Shown piece after piece: positions 44,889-54,536 of a DNA stretch of 64,000 nucleotides. A program made the translations under genes and the position numbers. This stretch comes from an uncultured delta proteobacterium. GTDB lineage: Bacteria; Desulfobacterota; Desulfobacteria; Desulfobacterales; Desulfosalsimonadaceae. How positions within the stretch are numbered: the first letter of the stretch is position 1; every line of letters begins with the position of its first letter. The notes under the pieces were generated by a model. That model was not told where the DNA came from. It searched no databases and saw only the letters and a list, made by a program, of their open reading frames with translations. The stretch covers positions 64,001 to 128,000 of the forward strand of contig CAWGYD010000003.1 in assembly GCA_963826785.1 (NCBI GenBank), in the 5' to 3' direction.

Positions 44889-44904
44889 AACCGGGAGGGC
44901 TCCT

Positions 44905-45996
44905 TCAGACCAGCGGGGTGGGAATGAAAATATCCTGGTACAGGTTCAGGATATAGCGGTCGGTCATGCTGGCGATGAGGTCGCAGATCACCCGTTCAAT
45001 GGGGATGTTTTCGTCGTATGCGGCTTCCATTTCCATGCCCGCCAGCTTTTCACGCAGCACGTCCGGGTGCGTCAGAAAATAGGCATAGACCTCGGATATC
45101 ATTTTTTTGGATTTGAAAAATTCCGCGTGCACCCTCTCGGACCGGTACACGTTTTCATATAAAAATTTTCGAAGCCGGGTCATGGCTTCCTGGACGGGAT
45201 CACTCAACTGAAGAACCAACTCGTCGTCTTTGACGTGGCTGGAATAAATCAGATCCCGGATCATGGCGGTGGCGCGCTGGGAATGGGTTTCCCCCAGCAC
45301 CCGGCTGCAGAAGGCGGGGACCTGTTCTCTTTTGATCACGCCGCTTCTGATGGCATCATCGAGATCGTGGTTTAAGTAGGCGATAATATCGGCAAACCGC
45401 ACGATCCGGCCTTCCACGGTGCAGGCCTTCTCGGATGGATCGGAGGGCATGATATCCCCGAATCCCTTGGAATGCTTTAATATGCCGTCTCTGACCTCAT
45501 AGGTCAGGTTCAGTCCTTCCCCGTTTCGCTCCAGAACATCCACCACCCGCAGGCTCTGTCGGTTGTGGCAGAAATCAGGGGAATAAATCTCTTTTAGGGC
45601 GGTTTCTCCGCTGTGGCCGAAGGGGGTGTGCCCCAGGTCATGCGCCAGGGCGACGGCTTCGGCCAGGTCCTCGTTCAAGCGCATGGCCCGGCTGATGGTC
45701 CGGGCGATTTCCGCCACTTCCAGGGTATGGGTCAGCCGGGTCCGGTAGTGGTCACCCAGGGGGGACAGAAATACCTGGGTTTTGTGTTTCAGACGCCGGA
45801 AGGCGTTGGAGAATACGATCCGGTCCCGGTCCTGCTGGTACACCGTGCGGATGGGACATTGGGGCTCCTCCCGCAGGCGGCCCCGGGATTTTGAAGAAAG
45901 CATACCCAGGGGGGAAATAAACGATGCTTCCCGTTCTTCGAACGCTTCCCGGATGGAAAGCGTGGTTTTTGGCAGTTGATAAAGTTTTTTTTCCAT
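44905..45996 (-). CDS. dgt: deoxyguanosinetriphosphate triphosphohydrolase (dNTPase)
   Basis: FRRLKHKTQVF, RTRLTHTLEV, HDLGHTPFGHSGE, MTDRY. Confidence 0.92.
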   Translation of the reverse strand: MEKKLYQLPKTTLSIREAFEEREASFISPLGMLSSKSRGRLREEPQCPIRTVYQQDRDRIVFSNAFRRLKHKTQVFLSPLGDHYRTRLTHTLEVAEIARTISRAMRLNEDLAEAVALAHDLGHTPFGHSGETALKEIYSPDFCHNRQSLRVVDVLERNGEGLNLTYEVRDGILKHSKGFGDIMPSDPSEKACTVEGRIVRFADIIAYLNHDLDDAIRSGVIKREQVPAFCSRVLGETHSQRATAMIRDLIYSSHVKDDELVLQLSDPVQEAMTRLRKFLYENVYRSERVHAEFFKSKKMISEVYAYFLTHPDVLREKLAGMEMEAAYDENIPIERVICDLIASMTDRYILNLYQDIFIPTPLV

Positions 45997-46175
45997 TATT
46001 CCTGTGTGCAGCCGAAAAACCGTGCCGAACCGGACAAGGTCTCTCCCGCAAATAAACGTTACTCATGATCATGCAGACAAACAAATCAATAAAATAACAA
46101 TATCTGCCCTGATTTCAATAAAAAACATGAAATTCAGCATTGCCGCAGGCCTTGGGGATGGACGGCCCCGGCGCT

Positions 46176-47195
46176 TCAGGCAAAAAGATTCAAGTTGGGC
46201 CCCGTACCGGTCTCCGGCGGCATATCCAAAAGCCGCAAGACCGTTAAGCGCAGCTCGGACAGGCTCCGGGCGTGGGCCAGCTGTTTGTGGAGACCATGCC
46301 CGTAGCGGAACATGGCGCACAGGTAAGGGGCTGTTTTCTTAAATTTCCGCAGGGCGGAAACTTCCTCGTAATGACGCTCCAGCAAATCGATGAGCATCAG
46401 CGCGTTTTCCCGGTAGATATCGGGGCCCGGGAGCCATCCGTCCGACCATTTTGCAAACACCCAGGGACGGGCCACGGCGATCCGGCCCAAAGAGACCCCG
46501 TCGCACCCGGTTTGGGTCATCATTTTTCGGCAGTCGTGGGCGGTGAACACGTTGCCGTTACCAAACACCGGTATGGACACCGCATCCTTGACCCTTCCAA
46601 TATATTCCCATTTGGGCGGCCGGGAGCGGCGGTCCGGCGCCACCCGGGGATGAAAGGTCAGGGCATCGGCGCCGGCTTCCGCAAAGGCCCGGGCCATGGC
46701 GACCGCCGGCTCCGGACGGTCCTGCCATCCGGTTCTGAATTTGATGAAAAGAGGAAATCGGACCGCGCGGCGGACCGCCTTGACGATGGCAAGGGCCTGT
46801 TCCGGTGATTTCAGGAGGGCCGCGCCGCTGTTTCGTTTGCAGACGGCGGACACCGAGCACCCGAAATTGAGATCCACTCCGAAAAAGCCCTCATCCTCGA
46901 TACGGCGGGCAGCTTCGGCCATGCAGGCCGGCTCGGAGCCGAAAATCTGACAGACCAGCCGGGGCAGTTCACTGTCGCGCCACCTGAACACCGGCGAGAC
47001 ATGCCGGTTCTCATGCGGGATCGCCCGGGCGTTGCACATTTCCGTAAACTGCAGCCCGTATCCGCCATAGCTTTCCACCAACTGCCGAAAAGCGATATGC
47101 GTCAGCCCCGCCATGGGCGCCAGCACCAATCGTTTGTCGATCGTCTTGCCGCCGATATGAAGCGGCTGATTGAGCTTCAGTGAAATATCCATCAT
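46176..47195 (-). CDS. tRNA-dihydrouridine synthase family protein
   Basis: LAPMAG, DLNFGC, GAALL, KFRTGW, GNG. Confidence 0.88.
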   Translation of the reverse strand: MMDISLKLNQPLHIGGKTIDKRLVLAPMAGLTHIAFRQLVESYGGYGLQFTEMCNARAIPHENRHVSPVFRWRDSELPRLVCQIFGSEPACMAEAARRIEDEGFFGVDLNFGCSVSAVCKRNSGAALLKSPEQALAIVKAVRRAVRFPLFIKFRTGWQDRPEPAVAMARAFAEAGADALTFHPRVAPDRRSRPPKWEYIGRVKDAVSIPVFGNGNVFTAHDCRKMMTQTGCDGVSLGRIAVARPWVFAKWSDGWLPGPDIYRENALMLIDLLERHYEEVSALRKFKKTAPYLCAMFRYGHGLHKQLAHARSLSELRLTVLRLLDMPPETGTGPNLNLFA

Positions 47196-47203
47196 GACGG
47201 CTT

Positions 47204-47231
47204 ACCATACCGGATTGCCCTGCCCTGTCAA
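47204..47231 (-). promoter_or_regulatory. sigma70-type promoter of dus, implying a very short leader
   Basis: Minus strand TTGACA-N16-TATGGT, 8 nt before the ATG. Confidence 0.5.
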
Positions 47232-47232
47232 T

Positions 47233-47268
47233 GGAAAGGTCTGGGGAAAGGTCCGGGGAAAGGTCCGG
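47233..47268. repeat. 3 x 12 bp tandem repeat
   Basis: GGAAAGGTC(T/C)GG three times. Confidence 0.92.
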
Positions 47269-47391
47269 TTTTCGCATCTGTATCTGGCAAAGGCGCAATT
47301 CTTCCTTTATTTTCTTTTATGATGATGATAACGATAAAAATTTAATATCTTGGCAGACATGGCGCACCGACCCCCTAATTCAGGAGAAATC

Positions 47392-48214
47392 ATGGGCAAT
47401 TATCAATTCTATATCGTCGAAAAGAAACCGCCGGTCGCATGGGTTTACCTGAACCGGCCGGAGAAGAAAAACGCCATGAACCCTCCGGCATGGCGGGAAG
47501 CGCTTCCAATTTTCGAAGACCTGGACCGCGATGACGATATCCGTGCGGTGGTCATCAGCGGCAAAGGCCCCTGCTTTTCGGCCGGCATCGACCTGATGGA
47601 AATGGCCGCCGAACTTCCCGAACTGATGGAATCCGGACAGAAAGGCGGGGTCAAGCGATCCCTGCTGCACAAGATATATCCGCTCCAGGATACCATGAGC
47701 TGCATCGAATGGTGCCGGAAACCGGTGATTGCCGCCATACATGGCTACTGCATCGGCGCGGGCCTGGATATGGCGACGGCCTGCGACATCCGGATCTGCA
47801 CCCAGGATGCCCAATTCTGCCTCAAGGAAGCCGCGGTCGGCTTTGTGGCGGACGTGGGGGTGCTCCAGCGGATCCCTTTGATCGTGGGCCAGGGTCTGGC
47901 CCGGGAGCTCGCCTATACGGCCAAGCGCATCGATGCCCAACGCGCCAGGGAAATCCTGCTGGTCAACGACATCTTTGCCGATCATGACTTCCCTGATGGC
48001 GGGGGCGGAGCAGATGGCCGGGGAAATCGCCGGCAATTCTCCCCTGGCGGTCCAGGCCTCCAAGGACGTACTGAATTTTGGCGTGGGAAAATCGATTGCG
48101 GACGGACTGAAATATGTGGCCTCCATGAGTACCAATATCATCCCCTCCGATGATCTGATGGAAGCCATCACCGCTTTCTCCCAGAAACGCAAACCGGTCT
48201 TTCCCGGCAAATAA
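47392..48214 (+). pseudogene. enoyl-CoA hydratase/isomerase, +1 frameshift at about 47990 (probably sequencing error)
   Basis: LNRPEKKNAM, FSAGIDL, HGYCIGAG, ADVG; C-terminus SLMAGAEQMA...SPLAVQASK...RKPVFPGK in the next frame. Confidence 0.85.
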
Positions 48215-48218
48215 GGGC

Positions 48219-49535
48219 ATGCGGATACACATCAGCAGTCTCGGCTGCGCCCGGAACCTGGTGGACAGCGAAATCATGACCGGGATGCTCGCCGCCGAAG
48301 GATTTACCCTCACCGACGATCCAGCGGAAGCGGAAGCGATTGTGGTCAACACCTGCGGATTTATCGAGTCTGCGGTGGACGAGGCCGTGGATACCATTCT
48401 TGAGCTGGCCCGCCATAAAGCGTCCGGCACCTGCCGCCGGCTCATCGTCACCGGGTGCATGCCCGAACGATTCCGGGAGGATACCGCCGGGGCGCTGCCG
48501 GAAGTGGACGCCTTTCTGGGCACCGGGGCCTATGACCGGATCATTTCGGCGGTCCGGGGGGACCTCGAACCGGGCGCCTGCCTCCTTCCCGCCCCCGAAG
48601 CCATGCCCCTGCAGCATCCGGAAACCGCCCGCCGGGTGAGCACCTATCCCCTGGCCTATCTCAAAATTACCGAAGGGTGCAACCGGCACTGCACCTACTG
48701 CATCATCCCCAGATTAAGGGGACGGCTCCGGAGTCGGCCGATGGCGGATGTGCTATCTGAAGCCGGTGCGCTCATCGCCGCGGGATACCGGGAAATCGTT
48801 GTCATCGGGCAGGAAACCTTCGCGTATGGCGACGACCTGGACCCGCAGGTGCCATTTCATATGCTGCTCGACGCTGTGGCCAAACTTTCATCGGATACCT
48901 GGATACGGGTCCTGTACGGTTCACCGGACAAAACGACGGAAGAATTGATCGACACCGTGGCCCGGCATGAAAACATCTGTTCGTATTTTGATATTCCCGT
49001 ACAGCATGCAAGCCCAAAAGTGTTGAAACGGATGGGCCGGAATTATACCCCGGAGTCGCTGCACTCCCTTTTTGCCGCGATTCGGGCCCGGATGCCCGAA
49101 GCCGCACTTCGAACCACGCTGATGGTGGGATTTCCCGGTGAATCTGAGGCGGATTTCGAAATGCTCCAAAATTTCATGGCGCAGACCCGTTTCGATCATG
49201 CCGGCGTTTTCATCTATTCGGATTCCGAAGATCTGCCGGCGCATCGTTTATCCGGACATGTATCCGCAAAAACGGCACGGACCCGGTATGAGCGACTGAT
49301 GAAACTGCAGGCGAAAATCTCTTATGAAAAAAACCAGTCCCGGGTGGGCCGCAACTTTCGCGTGCTGGTGGAGGAATCCATGGAGCCGGGCCTGCATATC
49401 GGGCGGACCCAGTTCCAGGCCCCCGAAGTGGATGGAATCGTATATATCGAAGCAGAAGACCTGGCCATCGGGGATGTTGTCGACGTTGAAATGACCGATG
49501 CATTCGAGTATGACCTGAAGGGAAAGTTGATATGA
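48219..49535 (+). CDS. rimO: ribosomal protein S12 methylthiotransferase
   Basis: SLGCARNLVDSE, NTCGFI, EGCNRHCTYC, APEVDG, TRAM domain. Confidence 0.93.
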   Translation: MRIHISSLGCARNLVDSEIMTGMLAAEGFTLTDDPAEAEAIVVNTCGFIESAVDEAVDTILELARHKASGTCRRLIVTGCMPERFREDTAGALPEVDAFLGTGAYDRIISAVRGDLEPGACLLPAPEAMPLQHPETARRVSTYPLAYLKITEGCNRHCTYCIIPRLRGRLRSRPMADVLSEAGALIAAGYREIVVIGQETFAYGDDLDPQVPFHMLLDAVAKLSSDTWIRVLYGSPDKTTEELIDTVARHENICSYFDIPVQHASPKVLKRMGRNYTPESLHSLFAAIRARMPEAALRTTLMVGFPGESEADFEMLQNFMAQTRFDHAGVFIYSDSEDLPAHRLSGHVSAKTARTRYERLMKLQAKISYEKNQSRVGRNFRVLVEESMEPGLHIGRTQFQAPEVDGIVYIEAEDLAIGDVVDVEMTDAFEYDLKGKLI

Positions 49536-50512
49536 GCGGACTGAAACCGGTACTGGCGGAAAGAATCCAGGAAGATCTGAAAAATATCGAACGCGAACTG
49601 GAGCGCAATTTAAATCCGCATCTTGGACTCATCCGCGAAACCGCCGGGCATCTCATCTTCAGCGGGGGAAAACGCATCCGGCCGCTTTTAAATATCCTCT
49701 GCGGGCGTCTCTGCGGATATACCGACCCGTTCATCAACAAATTTTCCACCGTCATCGAATTTCTGCACACCGCCACCCTGCTGCACGATGATGTCATCGA
49801 CGGAGCTTCCACCCGACGGGGAAAACCCGTGGCCCACTCCATCTCCGGGGCGCCGGTGACCATTCTGGTGGGCGATTTCCTGCTGGCCCGGGCGCTTGGC
49901 ATTGCATCGGAAACGCACAACCCCCATATCATCTCCGTGATCGCCGATATTACGGAGCATATGTGCCAGGGAGAGATCCTGCAGTTGACCCGGAAAGGCG
50001 ACATCTCCCTGACGGAATCCGAATACATGGATGTGATCACCCGCAAAACCGGCTTTCTCATCCAGGGCGCCTGCCAGACCGGCGCGGCTCTTGCCGGCGC
50101 CACCCCGGAGACCGAGGCGCGCCTGGCCCGGTTCGGTTTCCATGTGGGGCTTGCCTTCCAGATCGCAGACGACCTGCTGGATTATATCGCGGACAGTTCC
50201 GTGCTCGGCAAGACCGTCGGGGCGGATTTGAGGGAAGGGAAAATGACACTGCCGGTCATTTATGCCCTCTCCCGGGCAAATGCATCGGACCGGGACCGGA
50301 TGGAAAAAATCATCCTCAACAAGAATTTCGAGGAAACCGAATTTCGCTCACTGCTCCAGCTGCTGCATGAATACGGAGGAATCGAACATGGCCGTCGTCT
50401 CGCCCGGACCCATATAGAACAGGCGAAGGATATCATGCGCGCTTTCGATGACTGCCAAACCCGGGAAACACTCATGATGATCGCCGACCACGCATTGGAG
50501 AGAAGAACCTGA
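49532..50512 (+). CDS. long-chain polyprenyl-diphosphate synthase (IspB-like)
   Basis: GGKRIRP, LLHDDVID, FQIADDLLD, DLREGK. Confidence 0.92.
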   Translation: MSGLKPVLAERIQEDLKNIERELERNLNPHLGLIRETAGHLIFSGGKRIRPLLNILCGRLCGYTDPFINKFSTVIEFLHTATLLHDDVIDGASTRRGKPVAHSISGAPVTILVGDFLLARALGIASETHNPHIISVIADITEHMCQGEILQLTRKGDISLTESEYMDVITRKTGFLIQGACQTGAALAGATPETEARLARFGFHVGLAFQIADDLLDYIADSSVLGKTVGADLREGKMTLPVIYALSRANASDRDRMEKIILNKNFEETEFRSLLQLLHEYGGIEHGRRLARTHIEQAKDIMRAFDDCQTRETLMMIADHALERRT

Positions 50513-50531
50513 TGACAAAAGGAGTTGCTGC

Positions 50532-51737
50532 ATGAGATCGTATGCCGGATACCTAAGAGAGACACTCTTTTTGCTGATATTTTGCGCCGCAGGCGTGGCT
50601 ATTTCCTGCCATACCGCCCGGGCGCAGGTGGAACCGGAATTGAAAAGCGTCACCACCATTGGTGTGAGCAGGATCTATACCGATGTTCCCAATGCCCGGT
50701 ATGCCGCTATTGCAGAGTGCCTGCTGACATCGGTGGAAAATACCGCCATTGAAATGCTTCCCGCCACCACCGTCACCGATGAATTCGAACCCCTCAGCAA
50801 ACTCCTTTCCGGCCAGCGGGACAAATTCATCATCGGCTACAAGGTATTAAAAGAAATCAAGACGGAAAACGATTACCGGGTGCTGGTCCAGGTATCTGTC
50901 TCCAAAGACAAGCTGAAACAGGAACTGGTGGAAGCCGGCATCCTGATGGGGGCCGAGACGCTCCCCACGGTGGTTTTCCTGGTGGCGGAGCGTTATGCAG
51001 ACGACTTGTCATTTCAATACTGGTGGCGCAAGGGCAAACCCCTCTTCCAGGTGGACGCCGCCGCCCGGCCCATGATGGCGGCATTCGAGAAAAACGGGTT
51101 TCCGGTCATCGATCCGGAAAACATCCCGGATGAGCTCTTCGATGATATGGACCTTCCCGCCCAGCTTTCAGATGAAGCCGCGATCGCACTCGGAAAACTG
51201 CTCAATGCCGACCTGGTGGTCCCGGGAACCGCCATTGCAGACCAGACCCCCAATCGCATGGGCAAGGATACATTGTCATTTAAAGGGACCATAAACGCCC
51301 GGGTGCTTTCGGTGAAAACCGGACAGGCGATCACCACCATCGAAGACAGCACTGCCGCAATCGGACGGGACCTGACCGCCGGCAGCCGGAAAGCCCTTGC
51401 CGACGCCGGGAGCCAGGCGGCTTTGAAACTGGCCGATGAGGTGTATGCCCGATGGATGCAGTTGAAACGAAATACCGGCATGATCAATCTCCACATAAAG
51501 GGAGAAAATATCCTGCCCTACCTGGTCATGTTCCGGGAATCCCTGCGCACCACCGACGGTATCAAGAACCAGAGAATTTTGGAAATGACCCCCAACGAGG
51601 CGTTGGTGGCGGTGGATTACGCGGGAAGCCCCCAGGAACTGGCAGATGTGCTAATCCTGAAGGGATTCGAAGATTTCGGGGTCAATATCTACGATATTTC
51701 GCAAAACACATTAAACATTGAACTCATTGGGCATTGA
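50532..51737 (+). CDS. hypothetical exported protein
   Basis: Signal peptide-like N-terminus after AAGGAG; weak resemblance to FlgT/CsgG-like folds. Confidence 0.65.
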   Translation: MRSYAGYLRETLFLLIFCAAGVAISCHTARAQVEPELKSVTTIGVSRIYTDVPNARYAAIAECLLTSVENTAIEMLPATTVTDEFEPLSKLLSGQRDKFIIGYKVLKEIKTENDYRVLVQVSVSKDKLKQELVEAGILMGAETLPTVVFLVAERYADDLSFQYWWRKGKPLFQVDAAARPMMAAFEKNGFPVIDPENIPDELFDDMDLPAQLSDEAAIALGKLLNADLVVPGTAIADQTPNRMGKDTLSFKGTINARVLSVKTGQAITTIEDSTAAIGRDLTAGSRKALADAGSQAALKLADEVYARWMQLKRNTGMINLHIKGENILPYLVMFRESLRTTDGIKNQRILEMTPNEALVAVDYAGSPQELADVLILKGFEDFGVNIYDISQNTLNIELIGH

Positions 51738-51884
51738 TACTCCGGAAACGAAGCACCTCGGGATAGTAAAATCACGGGAATTCGGATTGGATGTAAAATA
51801 CGACTGAGTCCCCCACCTCCAAAAAATTTCGGGGCTGCATGCCGGCAGCCCCGATCCACTTCCCGTATCGACATTAAAACGAAC

Positions 51885-52427
51885 TTACTCAGCAGGCGGC
51901 GCTACCTCCTCAGGATATACAATCATCCCTTCGAGGGCCACCGGCTCGGAAAACACATTGTCTTGGCGCTTTTTTCCGAATCCCTCTTTTCCGGGATCAA
52001 GCCCCTTTACTTTTGCGAAGATATTGCTGAAGGTAAAGGAATTGAGGTCTTCCGGCAGGGCTTCGGCAATGGCGGCCGTCAGTTCGCCGGAGTCGATGTC
52101 AATGCACATATCGACAGTGCTGTAACAGACTTCGAACGCTTCTTCGAAAACCGTTTCACCGGGTTCGACTGTCCCGTAATTGTATTCCAGATCACCATAG
52201 AGGACCACCGAATATTTCAGCGCATCTGTAACGGCGCCTTCCGGCTGGACATCCGCAAGATCCCAGCAAAGCGTCACATCGCCATCAACATAATTGGGGG
52301 TGCCAAATTCATACAGATAAACGTCCCCCGGCTTTTCTTTCCCTTCTTTGGGCCCTTTAGCCATGGCCGGGATAATTGTAATGACCAGAACCAGCGCAAT
52401 TGCAATAATAAATATCTTTGATTTCAT
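51885..52427 (-). CDS. hypothetical acidic exported protein
   Basis: GAGGAGG SD; signal peptide ending PAMA; Asp/Glu-rich. Confidence 0.75.
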   Translation of the reverse strand: MKSKIFIIAIALVLVITIIPAMAKGPKEGKEKPGDVYLYEFGTPNYVDGDVTLCWDLADVQPEGAVTDALKYSVVLYGDLEYNYGTVEPGETVFEEAFEVCYSTVDMCIDIDSGELTAAIAEALPEDLNSFTFSNIFAKVKGLDPGKEGFGKKRQDNVFSEPVALEGMIVYPEEVAPPAE

Positions 52428-52626
52428 GGTGCCTCCTCATTAAGTGAGTTAGTCAATAGATCCATTTCGAACACAAGAATATCGGCAATACTGAAATCTT
52501 TAGATCAGCGGTCTCTTTCACCCCCTTTTCACATTGATTAAATTAAGTTCAAATCGGGTTTCATTGCCTCAGTTTTTCGGTTTATTCAGTGGATTAAAAA
52601 TCTAAATTAATGAATGTAAAACTATT

Positions 52627-52644
52627 TTGCAAATTTGATACCAA
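52627..52644 (-). promoter_or_regulatory. sigma54 (-24/-12) promoter
   Basis: Minus strand TTGGTATCAAATTTGCAA, i.e. GG-N10-GC. Confidence 0.65.
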
Positions 52645-53077
52645 GTACATTCTCTTCTACTATATTTTTAAACTATGTTTTATATAACTCTTCGCAAAAA
52701 TGATCGGGATGATTCCCGAATTTCCACTTCAGTCCTAAAAATAAGGTATCGGAATACTATTTTAAGGCTGATGAAATGTTCACTCATCAACTATGGTTGC
52801 CCTCCCGATAGACCTTTATAATTTTCCGACAGGGTAAAACGCTTCTCATATCGTGTATTTTACTATACAATTGTGCATTAAAGTTTACATTTGCTGTGAA
52901 TCAGCAGAGATCCTCTTTCGATATCAGGTTTCTGGAAAGCTGCTAACAAGATCTAAATCTTGACCTTCACATTATTTTTCAATATACTTGCCAAGATCAA
53001 AGATTCGATTTTACAATCAAATTACTGATTGCATGCGGATTGAAAACGTATTTAGAAAAGAAATAGAGGGGTATGCT

Positions 53078-53641
53078 GTGACGGTCAATATTGAAGAGAC
53101 GGTTTCCGGAACACTTCAGAAATACATTGCCATTCTATCTTCAATCAATCGAGTCCAGGCACGTCTTCAATGGTCTGAGATCGCGTTTATTTTTTTAAAC
53201 ATTGCCGTTTTTTTCCCCACCGCGTATTTACTGATGTGCATTTCCAGTAACAACCGGACGTTCGGCAACTCAACGGATGTTTTGATTGTCCTTCTATGCC
53301 ATGTCATCGGCATATTCATTAATTCCTACTGGACCGCATCATCCATGCGGCTGCAGCTCAAACTCAAGCTCAACTATTTTCAGGCGAGATTTCTGGAACG
53401 CAAGATGAATGCAGCCGGGGAATTTATCATTTCCGACGAAGAGTTGTTTTTTAATCCACAAAAAGGCCGAATCACCAGTCCGGACGGGGAAGAAACATTG
53501 ATCTACCCCGCCCAGGGCGCATTCCGAATGGATGGATTCGTCGGCGCTGCCAGACCCAGAATCCTCTCCATTTGCATGCCCTTGCTGTTTTTCATTATCT
53601 ATCTGACATCATTTTTCTCTTTGATATTTACAATCCTGTAA
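53078..53641 (+). CDS. hypothetical membrane protein (about 3 TM helices)
   Basis: GAGGGG SD then GTG; two central and one C-terminal hydrophobic segments. Confidence 0.65.
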   Translation: MTVNIEETVSGTLQKYIAILSSINRVQARLQWSEIAFIFLNIAVFFPTAYLLMCISSNNRTFGNSTDVLIVLLCHVIGIFINSYWTASSMRLQLKLKLNYFQARFLERKMNAAGEFIISDEELFFNPQKGRITSPDGEETLIYPAQGAFRMDGFVGAARPRILSICMPLLFFIIYLTSFFSLIFTIL

Positions 53642-53778
53642 CACCGAAGCAAAGCGATCAAAGAAGCGCAGAGGTCGTTTTTTGCTGAAGAAGTACTTTC
53701 GTGAAGGGGACTTAATGGTTTATTCGGAATTCTTTTGGAGATAAAACTGGACGGCAGCCATGGCATGAGGCCTGGCGA

Positions 53779-54180
53779 TCATTTTATTACCTTCGTAAAC
53801 TGGTCGGTAACCGAATTCCAGTTGTCATGGGCACGCTGGTAATCGTCAGGGCACCTGCCGGTATGATCCTTCACCACGATAGTGATAACCTCATTGGGAT
53901 CATTTCCGAAAATCTGGATGTGGCTCTTGGGATTATTGGTCGACACCTTCAAGTCATCTATCCGGGGCGTTTGGGAATGCGAAGGCATGGAAAAATAATC
54001 GCTGATCACTCTTGAAACGATATAGGCATCATTTTCCGTCTGGCTGCAAAATCCTTTATTTCGATATTGGATATAATTCGGGATCGCGATAGCCGCCAGC
54101 AGACTGATAATAGCGATCACCACCATCAGTTCCATCAATGAAAACCCATTTGACTGCAGAAACCACTTTTGGTATTTCAT
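53779..54180 (-). CDS. type IV pilin-like protein
   Basis: G|FSLMELMVVIAIISLLAAIAIPNY prepilin cleavage/methylation motif; two cysteines. Confidence 0.88.
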   Translation of the reverse strand: MKYQKWFLQSNGFSLMELMVVIAIISLLAAIAIPNYIQYRNKGFCSQTENDAYIVSRVISDYFSMPSHSQTPRIDDLKVSTNNPKSHIQIFGNDPNEVITIVVKDHTGRCPDDYQRAHDNWNSVTDQFTKVIK

Positions 54181-54493
54181 TTTTTCAATCCCCGCTATAT
54201 AATATGCCTTGATTTTTAAGCATCATGTATCACCGGACCACCAAGACAACCGATTTAAAACCTAATATCAATTTTTTTCAAAAAGATCAAATCCTTTTGG
54301 GAGCCCAAGGCCATCATTGTCTGAAAATGAGAACAACCCATTTCCTGTTAATAAGGCCATCAGATCTTCGCAGGCAAAAATTTATAAAATCACGACTTAA
54401 TGGCTTGTTGATTTTCGTCGGGGAATTTAAAAAGGCACGGGATGAAAAAGAAAAAGCTTGAGTGATTGCGGTCACCACCCGGGCACCACACAT

Positions 54494-54528
54494 AAAAAAA
54501 GGGATTACAGCAAATACTGTAATCCCTT
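54494..54528 (-). terminator. rho-independent terminator after tRNA-Val(GAC)
   Basis: AAGGGATTACAG-N6-CTGTAATCCCTT hairpin with a T run on the minus strand. Confidence 0.85.
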
Positions 54529-54536
54529 GATTTTAT

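Noticed and set aside
44905..45996. dGTPase as an anti-phage system
   Set aside because: It looks like the short housekeeping Dgt type, in core context with core-like codon usage.
47233..47268. Short repeats as a possible CRISPR array
   Set aside because: Units are contiguous with no spacers, too short, and no cas genes are present.
47350..47366. Possible sigma54 site TTGGCAGACATGGCGCA before the hydratase
   Set aside because: GG-N10-GC spacing fits but the -12 element (GCGC rather than TTGC) is poor.
53641..53675. CAAAG/GCAGAG short repeats after the membrane protein gene
   Set aside because: Too degenerate to link with confidence to the 9-mer element at 11553.
53779..54180. Conductive e-pilin call
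   Set aside because: The mature protein is about 121 aa with a globular two-Cys head, unlike the short Geobacter-type pilin; aromatic spacing was not convincing by eye.
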